64,000 nucleotides of DNA from an uncultured cyanobacterium (GTDB lineage Bacteria > Cyanobacteriota > Cyanobacteriia > Cyanobacteriales > Nostocaceae), in contig CAVUDP010000002.1 of the NCBI GenBank assembly GCA_963740315.1, positions 3,008,001 through 3,072,000 of the forward strand, written 5' to 3'. The notes beneath the pieces were generated by a model, which worked only from the letters and a program-made list of their open reading frames with translations, had not been told where the DNA came from and ran no database searches. Below are positions 9,171-18,982 of this stretch, in pieces. Position 1 is the first letter of the stretch; each line of letters opens with the position of its first letter. The position numbers and the translations under genes are program-made.

Positions 9171-11408
9171 CTAATCGGAAGTTTTGGTAACGTAAATCAC
9201 CGCAGGCTTAGGAGGAGCATCGGTGGTTTTCGAGGGCCAGTTAGAACCAATGGGGACTTTACGAGTTTGCGTAAATTCTTCTCCCGTGGTGCTGTAAACT
9301 AGATAATCTCGACTTTCCGAGGCGTTTTTAAAGCGAGTACCGTTGGCTTCTCCAGGATGCTGAATGGCAAGAAACATGGTTTGCTCGTCGGGTGTAAAAC
9401 AAGGTCCAGTTGTTTCGCACTCCATCGGTCCGATACCGAATAACATGGCTTTACCTGCATTTTCACCGGAAGTGGGAATATACCAAATAGTATTATTACC
9501 AAATAATCCGGATATATTTGCAGTTTTACCTTCGTCGTCGGTACGATTTTTGACGGCGTTATTTAGTTTGGATGTTGAAACATCCGTTACCATCCATACA
9601 TTTCCACCTTTATCTAGCAGCAGGTTGTCGGGGTTTGCAAAACCCATTCCACCGCTTGAAGGTTCGCCACCAGTAGCAAGCATTTCCCATTTAAAAGTCT
9701 TAGCATCTGGGTTATTGCGGTCTTCTATAAGACGCATTACCCATCCATACTCGTAGCCTACTTCACCGCTCGGACCTTTGAAAATTCTGCTATCCGGACC
9801 GCCGTCATCACCGGGAGAACCAGAGGTAAAGCTAATATACAAATCTCCATTCGGTGCAATTTCGGTATCCTCCGGACGAGCCGTACAAGTTGCACCTGCG
9901 GCATTAGCGGCGTAATGCGCGTCAATCAATATTGCACCCTGCTTTTCTTCGGCGTTACCTACATATAAATCGCCGATTTTTTGGAATTCCTGCTTATATT
10001 TGGCAACTTCTTCATCTTTTGATGCTGCTAAATAATTGCCTTGAATCGGTGTTGGAACTTCAAACAGCGATCGCTTTTCCCCTGGCGATCGCGAGCCTAA
10101 TGGTAGATGAATTAGGTTTCCGGCGATATTGCTTGGAAGCTCTGGATCTATAGCAGTATCTGCATTTAAAGGTATCCAGCTACCCGTACCGTTGGAGTCG
10201 AATTTGGCTACGTAGAGCATTCCCACAGAAAGAAGCTGAGAATTCGCTTTGTCTTTGGGGTCGGAAACTTTATCATTACTAACAAATTTATAAACGTGTC
10301 CGCCTCTTCGATCGCACCCTGAATAAAATGCTAGAGGTTTTCCTGCTTCGACACGAACGCCTACTGCTTCATGGTGGTAGCGTCCCAACCAAGTATGTTT
10401 TGTGCCGTAATCGTCGGGGTTAGCCGGATCTACTTCTACTATCCAACCGTATTTATTCCCAGCGAGTCCAAAAACGTTACCTTGACCGTACAAGTCTCCT
10501 TTACCTAATAAAAAAGGAACTTTTTCTGGCTCGAAAGATGTTCCATCAGCATACACTGGTTCGGGTACTTGAGCCTGAAAGTTTTCTTCCGCACTTAGAA
10601 CCGTTCCCCAAGGTGTGGTTCCACCAGCGCAATTTGCAAAAGAACCAATTATGCGATCGCCAAGTTTGTCGGTGTAACCAAGTCCTTGCTGTTTGCGAAA
10701 TATCGCTACACTAGGACCAGTGGATTTAAGGTAACGTCCGTCTTCTAAACCGGAAATCCCAGTAATGCGCCTATCTACATTACCGTTAGTACGTTCCCAT
10801 TTTCCATCCGCATTTTTGCGAATTGAGATAATGCCTAATCCCTGATCTAATAATGCTTCGGAACTAATTTCCCGTATTTTAGCTTTCAACGGGTCATCTT
10901 CCTTGAAAGCATAAGCATTTACCTCACCTTTCCCTTGAGAATCGCTGTTTATCTGGGTTATCACCTCATCAAAAGGTAATGATTTCCCTAACACCTGCTC
11001 GTAAGTTTGCATCCAAGGGATAGCGCTAATGTATTCAAAGTTAATTGAGAGATATCCTTCGTTTTCCCCAGATGGTACAAAAGATAAATAATCATTGTTG
11101 TAACCAAATCGGGAATCGCCGACTTTATCGCCCCAAGCAGCAATAACTTGGTATTCAAAACCATTTGGTAATACCAAATCATCAACTACTTCATAGTTGC
11201 GGTAAGCTTCTTGCTGTTGTTCTGGGGTAAACCCAGCATTTTGTAATGGAATGGGACTTTTTACGGGTTTGAATACGGATAACGCCTTGTTTTGTGGCGT
11301 ATTCGGCTGCACTGTTGGTTTTGTATCGCACCCTGACAGCGAACTTAGTGCTACCGCACCCGCACTTCCTCCCATTAACAGCAAAAAATCACGACGTTTG
11401 ATACTCAT
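9171..11408 (-). CDS. phoX: PhoX-family alkaline phosphatase (Tat-exported lipoprotein)
   Basis: RRDFL Tat motif, LSGC lipobox, and motifs NCAGGTTPWGTVLSAEEN, RYHHEA, RPED, NPDN and IQHPGE. Confidence 0.92.
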   Translation of the reverse strand: MSIKRRDFLLLMGGSAGAVALSSLSGCDTKPTVQPNTPQNKALSVFKPVKSPIPLQNAGFTPEQQQEAYRNYEVVDDLVLPNGFEYQVIAAWGDKVGDSRFGYNNDYLSFVPSGENEGYLSINFEYISAIPWMQTYEQVLGKSLPFDEVITQINSDSQGKGEVNAYAFKEDDPLKAKIREISSEALLDQGLGIISIRKNADGKWERTNGNVDRRITGISGLEDGRYLKSTGPSVAIFRKQQGLGYTDKLGDRIIGSFANCAGGTTPWGTVLSAEENFQAQVPEPVYADGTSFEPEKVPFLLGKGDLYGQGNVFGLAGNKYGWIVEVDPANPDDYGTKHTWLGRYHHEAVGVRVEAGKPLAFYSGCDRRGGHVYKFVSNDKVSDPKDKANSQLLSVGMLYVAKFDSNGTGSWIPLNADTAIDPELPSNIAGNLIHLPLGSRSPGEKRSLFEVPTPIQGNYLAASKDEEVAKYKQEFQKIGDLYVGNAEEKQGAILIDAHYAANAAGATCTARPEDTEIAPNGDLYISFTSGSPGDDGGPDSRIFKGPSGEVGYEYGWVMRLIEDRNNPDAKTFKWEMLATGGEPSSGGMGFANPDNLLLDKGGNVWMVTDVSTSKLNNAVKNRTDDEGKTANISGLFGNNTIWYIPTSGENAGKAMLFGIGPMECETTGPCFTPDEQTMFLAIQHPGEANGTRFKNASESRDYLVYSTTGEEFTQTRKVPIGSNWPSKTTDAPPKPAVIYVTKTSD

Positions 11409-12248
11409 CTGTTTTTTATTACACCAGCATTTTCGGTTAGATAGAAAACAATTTTATATTGCCTTTGTTACTTTAAGGCTGAAAGTTTAAGAATAGGTAA
11501 GCATTTTATAAAAAGTAAGTTAGTTTACAAAGTCTTCTTAGTGCCTTTTTTTCTTTCTTACTCGCAAAAATCTCAGTAATTTACCTCTGTATCTTGCTGA
11601 GAAAGTTGTGTCTATTTAAACAGATGATTATTCAAAGTGTCAAATATTTTTCATCTTTTATTTGTTTTATTTAGAGACAAATAATCTAGGTATAATAAGC
11701 TTTTCAGAAAATATAATCTAATTGTATTTTCTGATTCTTTTGTTGTTATTAAACTAGTATTTATATTTACATTAAAAGCAAAACTATGTATCATATATTA
11801 CTTAATTGTTTTAATTAATAAGTCAAGATGTAATTCCTAATGTTTTATTTTTAACTATCATTTTTGCGTGTATTTGAGTTTCAATTCAACAGCATCAATT
11901 GTTCTTCGAGTGCTGTATTCAAGTTAAAGGGAAGCGATCGTTACCCAATCGAGGCAGTAGGGGGAGAAAAACTATGTCGGGAGTAAAGGCTCGCTACGAT
12001 TTTGATTATGGACAAGAAAATAGTCATACTAAATCCATCTAAATGCTTATATTTGAAAGTGGTTATGGAAATAGTACTCGTATATAAGAAGTCAACGGAG
12101 TGCGTTAACGGAGACTGTCCGGTAGGACATACGTCTCGCTCGCTGGTATCAATTAGCGAGCTAGAAGCTTGCACTACGCAAACTCCTCAAAACTTATGTG
12201 GTGGACCAATAGTAAGTAGTGCGTTTCATTAGTTTTGACGGGTAAAAA

Positions 12249-12549
12249 GGTTCGTAGTAAGGACTTCAGTCCCTCCGGATTTGGGGCTCAAGCCCTTACT
12301 ACAAACCTATCAGAATTAATGAAAAAGACCAATAGTATTCCGCCACGTTAATTTTGATGGGTAATAAGGTTCGTAGTAAGCGCTGTCTTCGCCTCATATT
12401 AACGAATTCGGAGGGGCTAAAGCCCTTACTACAAACCTATCAGAATTAATGAAAAAGACCAATAGTGCTCTGTGCCATTAATTTTGACAGGTTCTACGTG
12501 TCGGCATCGGTTCCCTAAATCCGAGCGAAGACGGCGCTTACTACGAACC
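12249..12549. repeat. Cluster of three family-A REP doublets with a duplicated flank
   Basis: Three GGTTC..TACTAC(A/G)AACC units. The flank TATCAGAATTAATGAAAAAGACCAATAGT occurs twice. Confidence 0.85.
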
Positions 12550-12779
12550 TTGATTACCCTCAAAACTAATGGGACATATGCCTTAGCACCAAACATCAAA
12601 AAATCTCTTCCTCCCCATCCCCGCTTGCAAAAAGGGATTTCTAGGAAAAAGAGATTTTTAAGTATAATTCCTCCCTATATCCAAGATTTGGGAGAAAAAT
12701 TATTTATAGCAGCAATTGATAATTAGAATTTTTCCGTCTACTGCTGACGATAAACCAGTTTTTAATTATAAAGAAAAAA

Positions 12780-13466
12780 TTAAGAACGCTGCCCTGTAAC
12801 TATATATGCCACTCTCTTACCAATGTTGGTTGCGTGATCTGCCATCCGTTCTAAACAACGAATTGCTAATGCTAACAGTACAATCGGTTCTACTGAGCCT
12901 TGGACATCTCGCTGATTTGTTAAAATATCGTAAACTCTTTCATAAGCTTCATCTACAGCATCATCGAGTGATTTGATGCTGTTTGCACCAATTTCATCCA
13001 AATCAGCTAACGCTCCCAAGCTAGTTGCTAACATTGCTTGAGCGTGGCGAGACATTACCGCCACTTCTGGTATGCAGGAATGAGGCTCGTAGGGAAAGAG
13101 TTTTACAGCTATTTCGCTTAAATCTTCAGCATAATCGCCAATGCGTTCTAAATCGCGCACTAGCTGCATAAAAGCACTTAAACAACGCAAATCTTGCTCT
13201 GTCGGAGAATGCACCGTCATAATCGCCGTGCATTCGGATTCGATTTCCTTATAATATCGGTCTATTTTCTGTTCCAATAAGGGCAATTGTTCCACAACTG
13301 ATAAGTCAGGTGCAAACAATGCTTGGTGCGAGAGGCGAAAAGATTGTTCTACCAAAGCACCCATACGCAAAATATCCCTTTCTAACCGCCTGATGTCGCG
13401 TGCTAGTTGAGGTCTTGCAAAATTAGGACGAGTTAGGATAGCTTTCACGCTTGTAGTCTCAAACAT
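12780..13466 (-). CDS. phoU: Phosphate signalling protein PhoU (SphU)
   Basis: Two PhoU repeats (DLERIGDYA and LERMADHATNI). Confidence 0.95.
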   Translation of the reverse strand: MFETTSVKAILTRPNFARPQLARDIRRLERDILRMGALVEQSFRLSHQALFAPDLSVVEQLPLLEQKIDRYYKEIESECTAIMTVHSPTEQDLRCLSAFMQLVRDLERIGDYAEDLSEIAVKLFPYEPHSCIPEVAVMSRHAQAMLATSLGALADLDEIGANSIKSLDDAVDEAYERVYDILTNQRDVQGSVEPIVLLALAIRCLERMADHATNIGKRVAYIVTGQRS

Positions 13467-13478
13467 GAAGTGATTTTC

Positions 13479-14792
13479 TTAAATATAATCTTGAGTTACG
13501 GACTTTGCCATCACCCGAGGGAGGTGAATTTGTAGCCAAGCACCACCTGTTTGTGGATGATTCATAGCTTTGATAGTTCCCCCGTGAGCGGTTAAAATTT
13601 CATTAACGATAGCCAATCCTAAGCCGCTTCCATCCAAAGTTGAATCTCCCTCTCCTTTTATAGAGCGGGAACGTGCTTTATCTCCTCGGTAAAATCTCTG
13701 AAATATGTGGGGTAAATCTTCTTGAGCAAAACCTACGCCGGAGTCTATAATATTGATTTCGAGTAATGGGCTATCAGGCTCGTTTCTATTTTTATTACTA
13801 TCTAAATTTAGATTAACATTAGCTTCCACCCGGATGACTCCGCAAGGAGGACTGTATTTAATACTGTTATGAAGTAAGTTGAAAAAAACTTGATAAAGTC
13901 GGGATTTATCGGCATTAATCCATGCATTATCAACGCCAGTAAGAGCAAGTTGAACTTTTTGGCGCTGCGCGATTAGTTCCAAACTTTCCCAAACTGAGTT
14001 TATTAAATCTTTTATTTCCAAAGGCTGACAATTTAACTGAGTCGCGGGGTTTGTTTCAAGTCGAGTTAAGTCAAGCCAACTTTGTACTAGCTCAATCAGT
14101 CGGTCAACTTCCTTTAGAAGCCGGTTAATCCAGCGATTAAAAGGTGGATCTATACGGTCTTGTAAAGTTTCCACAACCAAACGAATCGAAGTTAATGGCG
14201 TTCTGAGTTCGTGGGCTAAGTCTGAAAAAGCGCGATCGCGGGCTTGGCTCATTTCCAATAGCTGCTGACGATTTTCCAGAAATACTCCTACTTGACCCTG
14301 GGGTAAAGGCAAGCCGGTAGCCCGCAAAACCACAGATTTCTGTTGTAACATTGCTTCAGCATTCTCACAAGAGGGGTGAAACACCCACTCCCTCTGTTGA
14401 GAAGAATGGCGATCGCGAGTTTTTTCGATTAAACGATCGAGTTCGTAAGAACGCACTACCTCTAGCAACAAGCGTACTTGTCCGGGTTGCCATTTTTGCA
14501 ATGACAAGATTTGACGGGCGCTTTTGTTGCACCAAAGTAATTGATTTTCTTCGTCAACTTGTAAATACCCTAGAGGGGCGAGTTCTAACACATTTTGTAA
14601 TGAAAGCAGTTCTTGCTCTAAGCATTGCTGCTGTTCTCTCAATCTGGCAAACTTATACCGCCATCCAACAAGAACAGACTTTCTATTTGAATAGTCTAAA
14701 CGTCCGAAATAGCGGTGGAACTGTATCGAATACCAGATCCACAAACAGATGCTTAACCCTAAACCGATAAAAATTCCCAGTAACAGCATCAC
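13479..14792 (-). CDS. sphS: Phosphate sensor histidine kinase (SphS/PhoR)
   Basis: AHELRTPLT H-box plus N, G1, F and G2 boxes, located between phoB-like and phoU genes. Confidence 0.88.
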   Translation of the reverse strand: MMLLLGIFIGLGLSICLWIWYSIQFHRYFGRLDYSNRKSVLVGWRYKFARLREQQQCLEQELLSLQNVLELAPLGYLQVDEENQLLWCNKSARQILSLQKWQPGQVRLLLEVVRSYELDRLIEKTRDRHSSQQREWVFHPSCENAEAMLQQKSVVLRATGLPLPQGQVGVFLENRQQLLEMSQARDRAFSDLAHELRTPLTSIRLVVETLQDRIDPPFNRWINRLLKEVDRLIELVQSWLDLTRLETNPATQLNCQPLEIKDLINSVWESLELIAQRQKVQLALTGVDNAWINADKSRLYQVFFNLLHNSIKYSPPCGVIRVEANVNLNLDSNKNRNEPDSPLLEINIIDSGVGFAQEDLPHIFQRFYRGDKARSRSIKGEGDSTLDGSGLGLAIVNEILTAHGGTIKAMNHPQTGGAWLQIHLPRVMAKSVTQDYI

Positions 14793-14836
14793 AAATCGTT
14801 AGTTGTTTTGGGACAAAGGATAATGATAACGAACAA

Positions 14837-15586
14837 TTATCCAAAGCGATACCCGAAACCCCGAACCGTAACAATATATTCCGGGCGGGAAGGCTCTTGC
14901 TCTAACTTTTCTCGCAACCAGCGGATGTGAACGTCCACAGTTTTGCTATCTCCAACAAAATCTGGTCCCCAAACTTGGTCGAGCAACTGCTCTCGCGACC
15001 ATACGCGGCGAGTGTAACTCATAAATAGTTCCAGTAAACGGAATTCTTTAGGCGATAAGTTTACTTCCTCGTCACGAACTAATACGCGGCATTCTTGAGG
15101 ATATAAAGTAATTTCTTTATAATTTAGCACCAGTGGTTCAGTAGTTGTACTGAGGCGCTGGCGGCGCAATAAAGCTCGACAACGTGCTACCAATTCCCTC
15201 ATACTAAAGGGTTTAGTCAGGTAGTCATCCGCTCCCACTTCTAATCCTAAAACGCGATCGGTTTCGCTACCTTTGGCACTCAGCATTAAAATTGGTACTG
15301 GGTTTCCTTGATGACGCATTAAGCGACAGATATCTAACCCATTAATTTGAGGCAACATTAAATCTAAAATAACTAAATCGAAATTAGCCTCATTGTTTGC
15401 TTCAACATTTTGAAGTTGTTCTATGGCTAAACGTCCGTTAATTGCAGTTTCTACCTCATAGCCTTCTTCTTCCAATGCCAAAACCAGCATTTCCCTGATT
15501 AATTCTTCATCCTCTACTATCAGAACACGATTTTTTTGTCCGATGTCAGCCGCGCGAGCATACTTCGTGGATTCGTTTGTATACAT
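14837..15586 (-). CDS. sphR: OmpR-family response regulator (SphR/PhoB)
   Basis: Receiver domain plus winged helix (DSKTVDVHIRWLREK), in an operon with the kinase and phoU. Confidence 0.88.
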   Translation of the reverse strand: MYTNESTKYARAADIGQKNRVLIVEDEELIREMLVLALEEEGYEVETAINGRLAIEQLQNVEANNEANFDLVILDLMLPQINGLDICRLMRHQGNPVPILMLSAKGSETDRVLGLEVGADDYLTKPFSMRELVARCRALLRRQRLSTTTEPLVLNYKEITLYPQECRVLVRDEEVNLSPKEFRLLELFMSYTRRVWSREQLLDQVWGPDFVGDSKTVDVHIRWLREKLEQEPSRPEYIVTVRGFGYRFG

Positions 15587-15799
15587 TGACTTGCAAAAAT
15601 ACGAGGATTTTCCTTGTAACTGTTGAGTGGTACGTTCTGAGTAAATTTACTTCGTTCGGAGCGCAATTATTTGTTTAATAAAAAATGTAACATATGTAAC
15701 AGCGGCAACTTTATTATAAAACACTACCGTAAAAAGCAGTTAAAAACTAGCGACTGCTTTACTTTTTTTTGTAGTTTCACAACATATTCGGATTAGTTC

Positions 15800-15829
15800 T
15801 TGACAAAAGTAATTTTACTCAACTACTAT
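15800..15829 (+). promoter_or_regulatory. Sigma70-type promoter
   Basis: TTGACA (15800-15805), an 18-nt spacer, then TACTAT (15824-15829). Confidence 0.7.
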
Positions 15830-15835
15830 ATTAAT

Positions 15836-15849
15836 AGTACATATGTACT
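15836..15849. promoter_or_regulatory. Cyanobacterial LexA (SOS) box
   Basis: Perfect palindrome AGTACATATGTACT matching RGTAC-NNN-DGTWCB, over the predicted transcription start. Confidence 0.75.
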
Positions 15850-15873
15850 CAAGTCCAGATTTCAAAATACTTT

Positions 15874-16018
15874 CGGACAAGACAATCTCCAGCCGTTGTA
15901 TTTAGAGCAGCCTTCTTGACGTAAGTGGCGGAACTATTTCGGAATTTCCACCGCGCTAAGGATTATGTCTAAAAGGCTACACTAATAAACAGCAAGGAGT
16001 ATGTCTTTGTGATGTCCG
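15874..16018 (+). ncRNA. Candidate ~145-nt rod-like structured RNA (leader or ncRNA) of unrecognised family
   Basis: Seven nested helices found by eye: CGGACA/TGTCCG, AGACA/TGTCT, CTCC/GGAG, GC-GTT-TATT/AATA-AAC-GC, AGCCTT/AAGGCT, GACGTAA/TTATGTC and GTGG-GGAA/TTCC-CCGC. Confidence 0.55.
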
Positions 16019-16060
16019 TCTTTAAGGAAATCATTAAACATACTTAAAAGGAGTCAAAGG

Positions 16061-17041
16061 GTGAATACAGTTGCAGCAAAGGATAGCAAGCAACAATTGA
16101 TGCAAGCATTCGAGCAAATTATTGCAGAAAAGCAAAAGCTAGATTCAAAAATTGCTACCAAGCAGGAGGAAGCCGAAAAGGAGAAAGACAAGGAAATTTT
16201 AGCCGCAGCTTCGGCATATACCGTTGATGGGATTGTCAAAGGTTTAGCCGATTTACAGTTAGAGTTTGGTAACATCGTTAACGAGCTTTCTGAAAAGCTG
16301 GCTAATCAAAACTCCAAGTTAGACGAGTTAAACCGGGCAATAGAAGTTGAAACTCGGTATTTGCAGGAATTACAGAAAATAAGGGTTGTTGCAGATACTC
16401 TGGATGTTTTAACTCAAGAGCATCAAGAGAATTTAATCAAAATAGAAGCAGATATTACTAAGAAAAGAGAAGCATTAGAAAAAGAGAAGCAGCAAATACT
16501 CAAAGAGTGGGAAAAAGAACAGGCTAAATTTGCTTTATCTGAAGAAGAATACAACGAATTATTAACTAAGAATCGCGAAAAAGAAGCAGAAGAGTATCAA
16601 TATAAGTTAGAAGATTCGCGAAAAATCAACCAAGATAGCTACCAAGAAACAAAGCGTCAATTGGAAAGGGAACTGATTCAAGCTACTCGCGAGAAGGAAA
16701 AAGACTGGGTAGAAAGAGAGAGAATTAATCAACAGCGTCAACGTTTATTAGAAGAATATCAACAAAAAGTAGCAACTTTCCCGGCTGAGTTAGATACAGC
16801 AATTAAAAAATATAGAGAAGACGCAATTAAAGATACTTCTGGGAAAGCCAAAGTTGAAGCCGATTTATTCGAGAAAGAATGGGAAGGTAGCAAGCAAAGC
16901 TACGATTTAAAAATTCAATCTTTAGAGCAGACTATTGAAAGACAAAACGCGCAGATTGAAAGTATTTCCAATCAATTACAAGAAACCTTGAAGCAAGCGC
17001 AAGATTTAGCGATGAAAGCTTTTGGAAATTCTGCTAAGTAG
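16061..17041 (+). CDS. Coiled-coil-rich protein A (unknown function)
   Basis: 326 aa E/K/Q-rich heptad protein with an AAGGAG RBS and GTG start, paralogous to the next gene. Confidence 0.85.
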   Translation: MNTVAAKDSKQQLMQAFEQIIAEKQKLDSKIATKQEEAEKEKDKEILAAASAYTVDGIVKGLADLQLEFGNIVNELSEKLANQNSKLDELNRAIEVETRYLQELQKIRVVADTLDVLTQEHQENLIKIEADITKKREALEKEKQQILKEWEKEQAKFALSEEEYNELLTKNREKEAEEYQYKLEDSRKINQDSYQETKRQLERELIQATREKEKDWVERERINQQRQRLLEEYQQKVATFPAELDTAIKKYREDAIKDTSGKAKVEADLFEKEWEGSKQSYDLKIQSLEQTIERQNAQIESISNQLQETLKQAQDLAMKAFGNSAK

Positions 17042-17097
17042 AAAGTAGATAATTCGGGAATAAAGATTCAAACTACACATTTTCTTGGAGTATTATT

Positions 17098-18177
17098 ATG
17101 CCTGCGAATAAAATTAATCAAAGAAACACCAAAAATGAAATTTTAGAAGCTTACGATGAGTTGACGAAAGAAAGGTTAGAACTAAAATCGCAAGTAGATA
17201 AACTTGTAAAAGCTAGCAATTCTGTCAAAGCGGATAATTTTAAAACAACTGACAAAACACCTGTAACTCAATATTCTAAAGTGCAGCAGAAAATGAATTT
17301 TACTATTGAAAGTTTAGCAAAAATTCAATTAGGCTTTGGTAGCGCTGCAAATGAACTATCAGAACAGCTGACTACAAAAGCATCAAGATTAGCAGAAATT
17401 AAAGAAATTGTAGAAGAACAATTAGAGCAACTACAGCAACTGCACGATTTAGAAGTTACTGACGATACTTTAGATAATTTGATTCAAAGCTACGAAGAAA
17501 ATAACTCGGCTTATCAAGAAGAATTTGACCAAGTTTCCGAAACATTAAATCAAGAAATACAAGAATTAAAAGAAGCTTGGCAAAAAGAACAAGAGGAATA
17601 TCAGCGCAACATTAAAGAAAGAAATGAAAATCTAAATAAAAATCGTCAGCGAGATACTTCGACATATAAGTATGATTTAGAACGAGAACGTAATATAGAA
17701 GTAGACGAATACGAACAGCAGCAGAAAGAATTGTATAGAGATTTAGATGAATTTCAGCAAGAAACTGAAAAACAGTGGAACGAAAGAGAAAAAACAATTT
17801 CGGAACAAGAAAAAATCTTTGACGAGTTAAAAGTTAGAGTAGAAGCTTTTCCTCAGCAAAAAGAAGCAGCTATTAGAAAAGCGATAGAAGAAGGTAAAGG
17901 TATTGCTCATTATCAAGCTAAAATCAAAGCCAATTTACTTGGTAAAGAAGTAGAAGGACAAAAAGCTTATTACGAACAAAGAATACAGTCTTTAGAACAA
18001 ACAATTACCAATCAAGAAACAAGGGTTCAAAGCCTTTCTAAACAGCTTGATTCAGCCTTGAAGCAAGTACAGGATTTAGCTGTTAAAGCTATTGAGGGTT
18101 CTGCAAACGTTAATTCATATCAAGCGATAAAAGAAATTGCTTTGGAACAAGCTAAAAGTCCGATGAAAAATAAATAA
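17098..18177 (+). CDS. Coiled-coil-rich protein B (paralogue of A)
   Basis: 359 aa, sharing the LAxxQLxFG..NELSExL, IQSLEQTI and LKQxQDLAxKA motifs with A. Confidence 0.85.
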   Translation: MPANKINQRNTKNEILEAYDELTKERLELKSQVDKLVKASNSVKADNFKTTDKTPVTQYSKVQQKMNFTIESLAKIQLGFGSAANELSEQLTTKASRLAEIKEIVEEQLEQLQQLHDLEVTDDTLDNLIQSYEENNSAYQEEFDQVSETLNQEIQELKEAWQKEQEEYQRNIKERNENLNKNRQRDTSTYKYDLERERNIEVDEYEQQQKELYRDLDEFQQETEKQWNEREKTISEQEKIFDELKVRVEAFPQQKEAAIRKAIEEGKGIAHYQAKIKANLLGKEVEGQKAYYEQRIQSLEQTITNQETRVQSLSKQLDSALKQVQDLAVKAIEGSANVNSYQAIKEIALEQAKSPMKNK

Positions 18178-18196
18178 ATTGGGAATTGGGAGAAGA

Positions 18197-18227
18197 GAAA
18201 CCCGGTATCTTGAAGATACCGGGTTTC
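18197..18227. terminator. Hairpin terminator/repeat (GAAACCCGG...CCGGGTTTC)
   Basis: Long inverted repeat just after gene B. Similar hairpins occur at ~18920, ~24442 and ~53513. Confidence 0.65.
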
Positions 18228-18328
18228 TGGTTTATTCGAGGTAATTAAATAGGAAGAGAGGTAATTCAACGGGAAGAGACGTAATATATTACGTCTCTTC
18301 ATTAGTATTAATATGTTTATATAATTAA

Positions 18329-18463
18329 TTAGGCTTGATTATTGTTATTAGTTTTTTTTGCTTGTTTCCAATCACTTACATACTGTAAAAAACCGATTTC
18401 TCTTCTTTTTGGTGGTCTACCGTAGTCAGCGGGAACTTTTTTTCTTTTTCTTGCCCAAGTCAT
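18329..18463 (-). CDS. Candidate 44-aa basic small protein (absent from the ORF track)
   Basis: MTWARKRKKVPADYGRPPKRREIGFLQYVSDWKQAKKTNNNNQA, with AAAGGA ~8 nt upstream of the ATG. Confidence 0.4.
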   Translation of the reverse strand: MTWARKRKKVPADYGRPPKRREIGFLQYVSDWKQAKKTNNNNQA

Positions 18464-18982
18464 AATTTTTATCCTTTTGGTTTGTTTGGTTTTCGTTGTC
18501 TCTATATTTGACTACATTGGCTTTTATTTGATTCCAGAAAACTTAATTTTTTTATTTTAATTACACTTTATAAAGATAAAAACAGAGACGCATTTACAGC
18601 CTCTCTGAATAGGAAACCCAATATCTGAAAATTATGAATATTAATATTCAAAGTTTTTAAAAACCGATGCCGGGATATATATTTATTTATAATTAAATCC
18701 GAGCTTTGATAAAAACGCGCTGCGTAGAAGTAATTCCCTACGACTTTGAATACAGTAGTAATAATGATGAATCCGGAAAATTGATGAATTAATTTTTTAT
18801 TTGCATATTCCGAACCTCTCTAGATGCGGAGATAGCTTTGTAGGGAAGGGGTTGGGTGTTAGGTTTTCGAGAGTTGGAGTTCACAGTACAATATTTTTCA
18901 AACATCCTACAAATATTAAAAAACCCGCTTTTCTATAAAAAACGGGTTGCTGAAAATTACTAAATAAAGAACTATATAGTTA

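Noticed and set aside
11461..11520. Pho box upstream of phoX (and of porin 1 near 3790-3825)
   Set aside because: CTTA-like half-sites are present, but the spacing (10 and 14 nt) does not fit the 11-nt period, which is too weak in AT-rich DNA.
11941..12232. Small Cys-containing ORF 12002-12232 (and overlapping 11941-12174) as a RiPP precursor
   Set aside because: There is no recognisable leader, no modifying enzymes nearby and no clear RBS, so it cannot be supported.
12472..12726. ORFs derived from repeats (12472-12726, 20267-20452, 20750-20935, 39671-39865, 53352-53549)
   Set aside because: These reading frames run through REP or STRR sequence and are unlikely to be genes.
15874..16018. 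6S RNA, SRP RNA or tRNA identity for the hairpin
   Set aside because: It has no large central bubble, no SRP domain-IV motif and no cloverleaf or proper T-arm, despite a tRNA-like GTGGCGGAA. It is left unassigned pending cmscan.
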